Assembly (NCBI GenBank): GCA_038523235.1
Contig: JBCBJQ010000085.1
Coordinates: forward strand, 1 to 26,152
Source: Cyanobacteria bacterium J06626_4
GTDB taxonomy: Bacteria > Cyanobacteriota > Cyanobacteriia > Phormidesmidales > Phormidesmidaceae
DNA: 26,152 nt
Reading direction: 5' to 3'
The first letter of the stretch is position 1. The number at the start of each line of letters is the position of its first letter. The position numbers and the translations under genes were made by a program. The notes under the pieces were generated by a model, which was not told the DNA's origin, searched no databases, and was given only the letters and a program-made list of their open reading frames with translations. Below, in pieces: positions 18,026 to 26,152 of the stretch.

Positions 18026-19957
18026 ATGACTTCTACCTCTTCCTTTGCCGCCTTAGACCGATTTGTCGCCGCCTTAGAAAATCGCATTCAAGCGGCGATC
18101 GCTCCAACCCTGCCCGCAGCGGCTCCCACGATTCGCTGCCGATTGCAGCAGGGGCGCTTGTTGGTTTTGTCCGAAGACATCGTGGCGGCGGCGACGGCGA
18201 CGGAGCGAGATGAGCGATTCAAAGCGCTGGCGTTGGCGATGGGCACCGGGCTGGCCGAAAGTGAACTGCCCGAAGACTTTTTGGACGACACGGGCGAGTT
18301 GCCCGTGAGACTCTATCTTAGAAAGCGCGGTACTGCCAGCCCTTATGCGGCTCGCAGCTGGAGCTGGCAACCAGTTGACGTCACGGCGAATTTGCTGAAT
18401 GTGGCGGGTGATCCAGTTCTTGATAGCAGCGAGCCGGCAATGGAAGGCACCGCTGGAGCATTGGTCTTACTGTCCCGCGATTCTGAACCGGCAGCCGATG
18501 CACCAGGGCCGGAGAAGACGACTGAGGACGCCACAGTCCCGCCCGGCGAGACGCCCCCCGAGACTGACATGGGGCCTTTTTGGCAGCGCTGGCAAGCCCG
18601 GTTGGCATCAGAACCCTGGCAGGCTCGCTGGCAGCAACTGACCACCCATTGGCAAGCCTTACCCTGGCGCTCGGTGGGCGGTTTAGTGGTGGCCGGAGTT
18701 GCTGTGGGAGCGGTGACCTATGGGGTGAGTCGCCCTTGTCTCGTGGGCGGTTGTGAGCGCCGTCAAACGGCTAGTGATCTAAGTCTGGCATCGGTTGATC
18801 AGCTGCAAGGTCGGCCCACGCCGGATGAAGTTGCTAGCGCTCACGAAGATCTGCGAAAGGCGATTCGACTCGTGTCGGCGATTCCGCCTTGGTCGTCTCA
18901 CTATGATGCGGCCCAGGCTGATCTGCTGCGCTACCGCACCCAGCTGTCTGACTTGGAATGGATTTTGGCGGCCCAGCGCGATGCCACCGAAGCGTCAGAA
19001 AAAAGCCAAGACCCGCCCCATCCTGTACCGCTTTGGGTCGAAGTCCATCTGCTGTGGCAAAAGGCGGTTACCCATCTCGGTCGTGTGCCGGATGACAGTC
19101 CTCTGGCAGCGTTTGCCCAGACCAAGCAGCGAGAATATGAGGCCAACTATCAGACGATTGGCGATCGCCTCGCGGTTGAAGAGCAAGCCGAAGCTAATTT
19201 AAATGAAGCGCTGCAGGCGGCACAGCTGGCAACCGCCCAAACTGAGACGGCGACCACTCTGAACGAGTGGCTAGTGGCTCAACGGGCGTGGAACCAGGCA
19301 ACTCAAGCGTTGAGTAGCATTCCCCAGGGCACGCTGGCTTATCAAGAAGCGCGATCGCTGCTGTCAGACTACCGCAGTCAGATGGTGCAAACTCGCACCC
19401 GCGTCACCTTTGAGCAAGCCGGTGAACGTGCCTATCAGGACGCGTTAGCGGATGCGGCTCAGGCGCAAGTGGCGGAACGCAACGACCAGTGGACTCAGGC
19501 CGTCAATCATTGGAGCGAAGCCTTTGCGCAGATGCGTCAGGTGCCTAAAAACACGCTGCGCTATGCCGAAGCGCAGGGTCAGCTTGCTACCTACCAAGCC
19601 TCGCTCAAGCAGGCCCAAACGAAGCTCAAGCAGGCAGTAGCGCTGCAAACCATTGACGATGATTTAGCGAATCTCTGTCCGGCGACGGCAGGCATCTGCA
19701 CCTATACCTATGGCCGTCAGGGCATTGAACTCACGCTCCGAGAACCCTACGATAGCGCTATTCGCCAGTCAATTTCGCCGCCCTCGACCCAGGGTCGGCT
19801 CTCACGCAACGACGCTGTGATGACTGAAACCCACGAACTGGTGCAAAACATTATGCAGTTAGGGAATCAGGTGCAGCTGCCGATCGCGGTCTACGACGGC
19901 AATCGCCAGTTCATTGCCCGTTATAAGCCCGAATTCGGCGGCTTTTCGAGAAATTAA
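18026..19957 (+). CDS. Conserved cyanobacterial-type membrane-anchored helical-repeat protein
   Basis: One TM segment followed by 'RPCLVGGC'; repeated 'W..A...L..(I/V)P......A...L..Y' helical units; start ATG 18026 or TTG 18014. Function unknown. Confidence 0.8.
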   Translation: MTSTSSFAALDRFVAALENRIQAAIAPTLPAAAPTIRCRLQQGRLLVLSEDIVAAATATERDERFKALALAMGTGLAESELPEDFLDDTGELPVRLYLRKRGTASPYAARSWSWQPVDVTANLLNVAGDPVLDSSEPAMEGTAGALVLLSRDSEPAADAPGPEKTTEDATVPPGETPPETDMGPFWQRWQARLASEPWQARWQQLTTHWQALPWRSVGGLVVAGVAVGAVTYGVSRPCLVGGCERRQTASDLSLASVDQLQGRPTPDEVASAHEDLRKAIRLVSAIPPWSSHYDAAQADLLRYRTQLSDLEWILAAQRDATEASEKSQDPPHPVPLWVEVHLLWQKAVTHLGRVPDDSPLAAFAQTKQREYEANYQTIGDRLAVEEQAEANLNEALQAAQLATAQTETATTLNEWLVAQRAWNQATQALSSIPQGTLAYQEARSLLSDYRSQMVQTRTRVTFEQAGERAYQDALADAAQAQVAERNDQWTQAVNHWSEAFAQMRQVPKNTLRYAEAQGQLATYQASLKQAQTKLKQAVALQTIDDDLANLCPATAGICTYTYGRQGIELTLREPYDSAIRQSISPPSTQGRLSRNDAVMTETHELVQNIMQLGNQVQLPIAVYDGNRQFIARYKPEFGGFSRN

Positions 19958-19958
19958 A

Positions 19959-19991
19959 GGGCCAGACCCGATGCTTGTCAGGCTCTGGCCC
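19959..19991 (+). terminator. Hairpin immediately after the stop codon
   Basis: GGGCCAGA...TCTGGCCC 8-bp outer stem; no strong U tract. Confidence 0.4.
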
Positions 19992-20230
19992 GTCTCTGTT
20001 GAGAGTATTCCAAAGTAAGAAATATCCCACCTGAGGACCCCGGTTGCTGGGAGCCGGTCAACAGGCTCCGGCAAGTTTTTTATATAGCGAGACGTAGTCA
20101 GGTTTGCACCCTTTCTATCGCCGGATCGCTTGTAGCAAGGCTTTTCTCTGCACCTTTCTACTCTCTGTCATATCCTTCGCCTTCGACTGGCCCGATGAAT
20201 TGCTTCAATCCAGCGCATCGAGATGATTTA

Positions 20231-20344
20231 TACCAGTTCTCTGAAACTGGACTACAGATCTTCCTTTCGACTCCGCTCAAGGAACGTCGGCTGAGCGGAG
20301 TCGAAGCCGACTTGTACGTGTAGCTGTAATTTGTAGAACTGGTA
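20231..20344. mobile_element. 114-bp MITE carrying two inverted short dispersed repeats
   Basis: Termini TACCAGTTCT...AGAACTGGTA plus a subterminal CTACA/TGTAG match; TTA on both sides (20228-20230, 20345-20347); internal TTCCT-TTCGACTCCGCTCA-AGGAA and GTCGGC-TGAGCGGAGTCGAA-GCCGAC. Confidence 0.8.
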
Positions 20345-22015
20345 TTACCCCGGCAGAGCGGCTTCGCGATAGCTCGACGTCAGCGGGTGCGGTTGGGCAT
20401 CGGGACGCAGCACCCGCCACTTATATTGCACGTCGCGTCCGCTCGTGGCGATCTCAGCCCGTTTTACCGCATCGGCCCAGCCGGGCTGCAGGCGATGTAG
20501 GCAAAGTGGCTGCAGGCGTTGCGATGCGCGTTTTTGAGCGTACTCGCTATTCAGCTGTTGTAACGCCTGATCCAACGCGGGCAGCAGGGTATGCTGAATC
20601 CAGCGATCGCCGCGTGAGTCGGCCCATTCCACATAAATGTGATAGTTCATCTCAGACAGGTTCGGCACCCACTGATACTGCCCCATGGTCAAGCCAAACT
20701 GACGCTGCACCTGCTCCATCGCCAGCAAAATCTGGTTGACGTGAAGCTTTTCGCCGGTCAGGTTGCTCATATCTTTGCCCTTGCGCACAAAGGCCAGGAA
20801 CGGTGCGCGGTGATAGAACCCGGTGACTTCCACAATGTCGTTGATGTGATAGCGATACAGACCGCCCGGCGTCGTGAGGAGAATGTGATAGCGCTGACCG
20901 ATCTCTAGTTCGTGACTGAGATACACCGGCGGATGGCGCTGCTCCATCGCGTCTTCGGGAATAAATTCGCAAAAGTTGAGTGTCAGATCGAGCACGCCGT
21001 TCGGCGTGTGATCAGCGATCGGCAGAGTGACTCTGGCTTCACTGGCCAGGTAGCCCAAATCTCGCAGCGGCACGGCACCATAGGCTGAGGCCAATCGCGG
21101 TGTCTGGATGCCCACACTCCCGCCAGTCCAGCAGCCGATCAGCTGCAACTGGGGCCAGCAATCTTGAGGGTGCAAATGGCCGGTGGTGGTGACAAGGCGC
21201 TCTAGCGTTTTGGCCCGCTGGGGCTGAGGGCGTAGATCAGGCTGGAGCGATCGCCGCGTGGCTGGCAACAGGTCAGCAGCAGCCAGACCCAAAGTGCCGT
21301 CATGAATCGCCCGAATCAAACTCTCGTGGTGTTCATCCATCACGGCAGCTAGTCGCAGCAGCGTGCTGGGGTTGGGGGTGCCCACAAAGGAGACATCGCG
21401 GGCCAGAGCAAAGCGGGCGATCGCCCAATAGCGCCGATCATAGTCCTGAATCTCAAAGACCGGATAGGGCACCGCGTAAGTCCGGCGTACTAGCCCTGGC
21501 ATCTGCTGATAGATGCGCCCCGATAAACTGCCATAGGGCATACCGCTGGGCGTGTACCCCTCCACCGCTGCACTCACAATACCTACCAGAGAGCGACTGA
21601 GGCAGCGCGGATGTTGGGGCAGTAGCCGATAGAGCCATTGCCGCATCAGGGCAGAATTGCGCGCTTCAGACACCGCCGTGACGGGCAGGTATTTGGGCTG
21701 CCCGGTGGTGCCGCTGGTTAGCGTAAACATCGTGACCGGATCGCTCACCAACACGTTGGCCTCACCCTGCATCATGCGCTGCACATAGGGCCGCAGCCCT
21801 TCATAATTGCGGCTGGGCACGGCGCGTTGATAGTCGGCAGGGGTGTGAATCTGGTCAAAACCATGGGCCTGGCCAAAAGCCGTAGCTCGATGGCGCGTCA
21901 GTAATGCTTGCAGGCAGGCCTGTTGTGCGCGCTCGGGGTTGCGGGCAGCCGCATCAAAGCGGTTCGCCAGCGCCTGACCGCGCCAGCGAATCATCATCGG
22001 AATTAAAGGTGACAT
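20345..22015 (-). CDS. GH3 family acyl-adenylate-forming amido synthetase-like protein
   Basis: 'LTSGTTGQPKYLP', 'GYLASE', 'FCEFIP', 'GGLYRYHINDIV', 'GEKL', N-terminal 'TAFGQAHGF..I....DY...VP...YE.LRPYV'. Start is ATG 22015 or TTG 22048. Confidence 0.92.
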   Translation of the reverse strand: MSPLIPMMIRWRGQALANRFDAAARNPERAQQACLQALLTRHRATAFGQAHGFDQIHTPADYQRAVPSRNYEGLRPYVQRMMQGEANVLVSDPVTMFTLTSGTTGQPKYLPVTAVSEARNSALMRQWLYRLLPQHPRCLSRSLVGIVSAAVEGYTPSGMPYGSLSGRIYQQMPGLVRRTYAVPYPVFEIQDYDRRYWAIARFALARDVSFVGTPNPSTLLRLAAVMDEHHESLIRAIHDGTLGLAAADLLPATRRSLQPDLRPQPQRAKTLERLVTTTGHLHPQDCWPQLQLIGCWTGGSVGIQTPRLASAYGAVPLRDLGYLASEARVTLPIADHTPNGVLDLTLNFCEFIPEDAMEQRHPPVYLSHELEIGQRYHILLTTPGGLYRYHINDIVEVTGFYHRAPFLAFVRKGKDMSNLTGEKLHVNQILLAMEQVQRQFGLTMGQYQWVPNLSEMNYHIYVEWADSRGDRWIQHTLLPALDQALQQLNSEYAQKRASQRLQPLCLHRLQPGWADAVKRAEIATSGRDVQYKWRVLRPDAQPHPLTSSYREAALPG

Positions 22016-22074
22016 GAATGAGAATCGGCTCAAAAGCCGGGGCGTCAAAACTATTTTTGGGAAAATACTTAAGT

Positions 22075-22247
22075 AACGTCAGTTCGGGTTAAAGCCGAAG
22101 CCGGATCTTTCCCCTCCTGGGAGGGGCTGAGGGGTGGGTGAATCGCCATTTAGCGCGACTGATCGGCCCCCACCCCGCCTTTGGCACCTCTCCCGAGAGG
22201 GAATTTAAGGCTCAATCGGCGGGTAAAAGCTATCCCGAACTCAGGTT
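22075..22247. mobile_element. 173-bp MITE with internal GC-rich REP-like hairpins
   Basis: Imperfect 17-bp TIRs AACGTCAGTTCGGGTTA / AACCTGAGTTCGGGATA; flanks AAGT and GAGT (possible 4-bp duplication, one mismatch); internal CCCCTCC-TG-GGAGGGG hairpin. Confidence 0.8.
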
Positions 22248-22383
22248 GAGTAATAGGCAGCAGGAACGGAGGCCTACTGCTGCTGCCCAAGCAGACTCAA
22301 AATTTGGGCCTGTCTGTTATGAGCTGAGGGCCTCACCAAGCGGAACTGGGCAAGGCGATTTAATGAGTCACTTGGGGAGTCGA

Positions 22384-23580
22384 TTAGTGGTGAACCCTGG
22401 AGGTGGTTGCTAATCGCAGCGTTTGGTGAGCGTGAGCAGCAAGCGCCTCATCTTGCACCTCAGCACCTAAGCCGGGACGCTTCAGCACGGGGGCTTCGCC
22501 GCGGTAGCCAAACTGCACGGGGATGCGGCTGATATCTTGACTGAGCAAGAGTTTGCCATAGGAACCCTCAACGAATTTCACCTGGGGCAACCCGGCGGCA
22601 AGATGGCGTCCGGCAGCAGACAAAATGGCGGTTTCACCCACCTGACAGCCCACCTGAACGAAGATGTTGGCCTCGTCGGCTAAGCGGGCGATCGCGAGGG
22701 TCTGAGCCAATCCCCCACATTTTGAGAGGCGCAGGTTGAACCCCTGACAGGCCTGTGCGGCAATGAGTGCCTGTGCGTCAGCCAGCGTGATTAACGATTC
22801 ATCGGCAATTTGGGGAATCGAAGTCGCAGCTTGGAGGTGGGCATAATCAGCGGGATTGCCGCGCGGAATTAGCTGCTCGGCACTGGCGATCTCAAATTCG
22901 GCCAGGGTGTGACAAGCGACGATCGCCGACTCGACGGTATAAGCCCCATTGCCATCGAGACGAATCAGCGGCTCAGCGCCGACGGCATCGCGAATGGCCG
23001 CCACGCGTGCCCGATCATCCACACCAGTGACCTTGACTTTGAGATGAGAGAGGCCAAACTGTTTGAATCGCTTGGCGACTTTCACAGCTTGTTCTACCCC
23101 ACTGGCGGTAATCACCCCGCTGTAGGTGACTGTTGCTCGTTGAGGCGGCAAGATCTCGCCTAGAGAACGTCCGGCAGATTTCAGCAGACAATCGACGAGC
23201 GCGAGTTCCCAACCGGTACGCGCGGCATGCCAGGCGACGACCGATGGCTCAAGCTGCGCCCTACCAGCCGGCTCGGTGGGCAGCGTCAGCGCCACTTGAT
23301 TAAGCCAATCAACCCCGGTCGAGGCGTCCGCTGGGGGCAGCGGATAGTCTTGCTGCTGCACGGCGGGCCAGAGGGTGTTAGCCATAAATTCTAGGCATGA
23401 GTCCACGGTTTCACCCGTGACATAGGGGCGCGCGATCGCTTCCCCATAGCCCACTGTGCCGTCCTCGGCGACTACCCGCACCACCATGGCATCAGAACAG
23501 GCCCGGTTACGAATGCTGTGGGCAAATGCCTCAACAAAAGGGATCTGCAGCGCAAATATTGTGGCGGCGACAATTTTCAT
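22384..23580 (-). CDS. Enolase-superfamily enzyme, muconate-lactonizing-enzyme (MLE) subgroup
   Basis: 'G.VGYGE...RPYVTGET' capping domain, KxK 'LKVKV', metal ligands in 'LDGNG', 'AEQ' and 'ADES', then 'NLRLSKCGG' and 'GCQVGET'. Confidence 0.9.
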   Translation of the reverse strand: MKIVAATIFALQIPFVEAFAHSIRNRACSDAMVVRVVAEDGTVGYGEAIARPYVTGETVDSCLEFMANTLWPAVQQQDYPLPPADASTGVDWLNQVALTLPTEPAGRAQLEPSVVAWHAARTGWELALVDCLLKSAGRSLGEILPPQRATVTYSGVITASGVEQAVKVAKRFKQFGLSHLKVKVTGVDDRARVAAIRDAVGAEPLIRLDGNGAYTVESAIVACHTLAEFEIASAEQLIPRGNPADYAHLQAATSIPQIADESLITLADAQALIAAQACQGFNLRLSKCGGLAQTLAIARLADEANIFVQVGCQVGETAILSAAGRHLAAGLPQVKFVEGSYGKLLLSQDISRIPVQFGYRGEAPVLKRPGLGAEVQDEALAAHAHQTLRLATTSRVHH

Positions 23581-24293
23581 GACACGGCCTCCCCTGCCGG
23601 GGTGGCGAGTGCCAGGGCTGGGCAGCCAAAGTAGCGGCGGATAAAGACATTTTCGCGAAACGTAATATCGAGAATGGTGGCCAGTTCATCCGCCTCAATG
23701 TCGTAATCGCTGACGTAATGCACAACGGCCTCAACCCCTTCGGCAGCGTGGCGAATATCGACCTCTGAGTGGTGATAAAACCAGGCCAAGCTCTCAGTCG
23801 ATAAACCTCGATGAGTCTGCAGCGCTTGACCCAGCCGGCTTGAGAGTCGAGCGAGCATCCATTCAAAACAGGTGACTTCCAACAGCACCGAGAGCCCGAG
23901 TTCTTTGATCGTGCCAAACATCAGCGGATCGGTACAGAGCGATCGCACTTGCGCTTGGGCGGCGGCGGTGACGGCATCCTGTTGTTGTGGGCTAAATCCA
24001 GCTGCCTGCATGAGTTGGTAAAGCAAATCAGGATGTCGGATCCCGGCATCATCTAACCCCATTTCTTCTAACAGGTTGTGTTGTGTCGCGTCGGCAGCGG
24101 CTGGCGGGGCAATAGCATACAAAAAAGCCAAAATTTGGGGACTCTTGAGATGCGATCGACAAAGGTTGTGAATAAAGTCATCGATTTCAGCCACCTTTAA
24201 ATGACCTGATTCGAGTTGTTGAAACTGGAAAGATTTCGCAAAATTTTCAGTTTGAGTATTGTAATAGGTTTCAATTAGGGAGCTTAGAGTCAT
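23577..24293 (-). CDS. Heme-oxygenase-like dimetal oxidase (PqqC/CADD-like iron-containing redox enzyme)
   Basis: Helical-looking 238 aa protein with 'NLLEEMG...HPDL', 'FEW' and 'WFYHHSEVDIRH' (E77,H87,E144,H175,D179,H182 by my count); ATGA overlap with the downstream enolase gene. Confidence 0.8.
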   Translation of the reverse strand: MTLSSLIETYYNTQTENFAKSFQFQQLESGHLKVAEIDDFIHNLCRSHLKSPQILAFLYAIAPPAAADATQHNLLEEMGLDDAGIRHPDLLYQLMQAAGFSPQQQDAVTAAAQAQVRSLCTDPLMFGTIKELGLSVLLEVTCFEWMLARLSSRLGQALQTHRGLSTESLAWFYHHSEVDIRHAAEGVEAVVHYVSDYDIEADELATILDITFRENVFIRRYFGCPALALATPAGEAVS

Positions 24294-24363
24294 CGCGAAA
24301 GCCTCAATAGGTTTGCTTAACTCGATAATATTTTTCCCAGCATCAAACGTCAGCTCAGTTGCT

Positions 24364-24377
24364 TTGATTTAAATCAA
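24364..24377. promoter_or_regulatory. FNR-type box, proximal
   Basis: Perfect palindrome TTGATTTAAATCAA matching TTGAT-N4-ATCAA, 70 bp upstream of the oxidase start. Confidence 0.85.
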
Positions 24378-24390
24378 CTGACCCGATGAT

Positions 24391-24406
24391 TTTGATTTAA
24401 ATCAAA
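24391..24406. promoter_or_regulatory. FNR-type box, distal
   Basis: Perfect 16-bp palindrome TTTGATTTAAATCAAA, 28 bp centre-to-centre from the proximal box and about 10 bp after the regulator stop. Confidence 0.85.
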
Positions 24407-24415
24407 CGCATTCTG

Positions 24416-24991
24416 CTATGCTCGCTTCTTTTTGCGGCGAATTCGGCTCAGAGTTTCTTGGGTCATGCCTAAATAAGAGGCTAAGTATCCGAGGGGAACG
24501 TCATTCTCAATGGTCGGATGTTGCTGCAATAGATGTTCGTATCGTTCAAGCGTCGATTGAGTTTGAAAGGAGGCAATCCGCTCTAGTGAGTTAGTGTAGT
24601 AATGTTCAAGTAAATGCCGGTTGAGATCAATCCAAACGCTATCTTGTTGACTGAGATATTGCAGATTTTTGTGACTAATTGCTAACAGCTTAGCGTCGGT
24701 AAGAAGCATAATTTTGTCTTCGCTGGGTCGTCGATAAACGAAGCTAAAGTATGACGTGGCAAAATGCTCGGCAAAGCAAAACCATCGAGTCACTTCCTTA
24801 TCTTCAAAAGTGTAAGAAGAGCGCAAAATACCTTCCACCACAAAGTAAAGGTGGCTGGATATTTGTCCTGCTTCCAATAAAAGAGAATCCTTGGGCATCT
24901 CTATGGTTTCTAAGATATGGCTCAGGGCCCGTTGTTGGCTCGGATTCAGTAATACCAGTTGATTAAGTCTTTGAAATAAAGATGCTTGCAT
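24416..24991 (-). CDS. Crp/Fnr family transcriptional regulator
   Basis: cNMP-binding-like domain ('LLEAGQ....LYFVVEGILR') and HTH 'PLGYLASYLGMTQETLSRIRRK'. Confidence 0.93.
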   Translation of the reverse strand: MQASLFQRLNQLVLLNPSQQRALSHILETIEMPKDSLLLEAGQISSHLYFVVEGILRSSYTFEDKEVTRWFCFAEHFATSYFSFVYRRPSEDKIMLLTDAKLLAISHKNLQYLSQQDSVWIDLNRHLLEHYYTNSLERIASFQTQSTLERYEHLLQQHPTIENDVPLGYLASYLGMTQETLSRIRRKKKRA

Positions 24992-25327
24992 GCGCCGATC
25001 AGTCCCGTGAGAAAACGCCTGAGTGCCCGCGATCTCGAGTTGAAAGCTCAGCTGTCAGCACCCAAAAGTTAGATAGCATTCGAGCAGATAAACGTGCTAG
25101 GTGAGATTGCCGCGATCAGTCTGATTGAGATCGATCTCTAGATCTGACCGGGCGCAATGTGGCTGCGGTCGCGGCTACCGTGACGAGGCTTGACAGCAGA
25201 GATTGACTTGCATGCAGGGGATAACTGCTCTTGATGACGCCTTTTGTAAACAGTTCGTTTTGAGTTGATTTTGAAGCGAACCTGGGACAGTAGACTAAAA
25301 AGTGGTGTCCTGTGAGAGTGGTGATAA

Positions 25328-25969
25328 ATGGCTTGGGCAGTCGGAATCGTAGCAGTTTTTGCAGCCTATTTATTGGGGGCGCTTCCCACGGGGTATCTCG
25401 TGACGAAGGCAGTCAAAGGCATCGACATTCGACAACATGGGTCTGGCAATACGGGGGCGACCAACGTGTTTCGGGTGGTGGGTAAAGAAGCCGGGATCAC
25501 GGTCTTGATAATCGATTTGCTGAAAGGCTTAATCGCCGTCGCGGCGACTCAAGTGTGGCTGACAGCGGCCTACGCGAGTTTGCCTGACTGGTTATCTACT
25601 GTGCCCTGGTGGATGACCGGTGCAGGGCTGCTGGCGATCGTCGGCCACAGTCGCTCAATCTGGCTCAACTGGACTGGGGGCAAATCGGCAGCGACGGGGT
25701 TAGGGGTGCTGCTGGCGCTCTATTGGCCTGCGGGTGTGGGCGCGGCAGCGATTTTTGGCTTGATGCTCGCGCTTTTTAGAATTGTCTCTCTCGGCTCAAT
25801 CATCACGGCGTTAGCATCGGCGGCATTGATGGTGACGTTACAGCAACCCTTACCCTACATTCTACTCGCGATCGCGGGCAGCCTATACGTTGTGCTGCGG
25901 CATCGGGCTAACATTCGCCGACTCATCGCGGGCACCGAGCCACGATTAGGGGGACAAACCGGCAGTTGA
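25328..25969 (+). CDS. plsY: Glycerol-3-phosphate 1-O-acyltransferase
   Basis: 'AYLLGALPTG', 'DIRQHGSGNTGATNVFR', 'DLLKG', 'GH....L.WTGGKSAAT', 'RHRANIRRL..GTE'. Confidence 0.97.
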   Translation: MAWAVGIVAVFAAYLLGALPTGYLVTKAVKGIDIRQHGSGNTGATNVFRVVGKEAGITVLIIDLLKGLIAVAATQVWLTAAYASLPDWLSTVPWWMTGAGLLAIVGHSRSIWLNWTGGKSAATGLGVLLALYWPAGVGAAAIFGLMLALFRIVSLGSIITALASAALMVTLQQPLPYILLAIAGSLYVVLRHRANIRRLIAGTEPRLGGQTGS

Positions 25970-26152
25970 GCATCCAACTGAGAACATACCCAAGCGTGAC
26001 CTAAGGCGTTGTATTTACACCACAATCCTCGACAAATTTCCGCGATTAGGCACGCGTTCTTACAGCTCGCTTATTACTCTGGAAAGTAAGTTTTCTACCG
26101 TTCAGAGGGGGTTGTCTGCCTGGATTTTGGCATAATGCCGCTGAAACTTATC

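Noticed and set aside
20083..20175. Possible truncated MITE starting TATAGCG with a repeated TGCACC(C)TTTCTA
   Set aside because: No matching right terminus is visible.
22138..22413. 91-aa plus-strand ORF
   Set aside because: Starts inside the MITE and overlaps the enolase 3' end on the opposite strand; spurious.
24416..24991. Regulator as true O2-sensing FNR or as NtcA
   Set aside because: Only one Cys, so no Fe-S ligand set; the adjacent boxes are TTGAT-N4-ATCAA rather than the NtcA GTA-N8-TAC, and the protein lacks NtcA-like sequence.

Overview
Cyanobacterial chromosomal DNA: HIP1 octamer GCGATCGC is abundant and Uma2 and DUF697-GTPase genes are present; a filamentous Leptolyngbya-like host is an inference. 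Housekeeping anchors are polA (5617-8520) and plsY (25328-25969). Between them lies an accessory patchwork: a hicAB locus whose toxin is split by a 114-bp MITE with an 8-bp target duplication, TSUP, NTF2-like and GNAT genes, two convergent crcB/fluC genes, an AT-richer HIP1-poor block of small genes (GGCT, NlpC/P60-like, HxlR+Qor, two cupins), and several MITEs and short dispersed repeats. The best candidate for an undescribed system is the minus-strand cluster at 20345-24991. It comprises a Crp/Fnr regulator, two perfect TTGAT-N4-ATCAA boxes, a heme-oxygenase-like (CADD/PqqC-type) dimetal oxidase, an atypical enolase-superfamily enzyme and a GH3 acyl-adenylate/amide ligase, and looks like a small biosynthetic or modification pathway. 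All family calls come from motif recognition by eye; no database searches were run.
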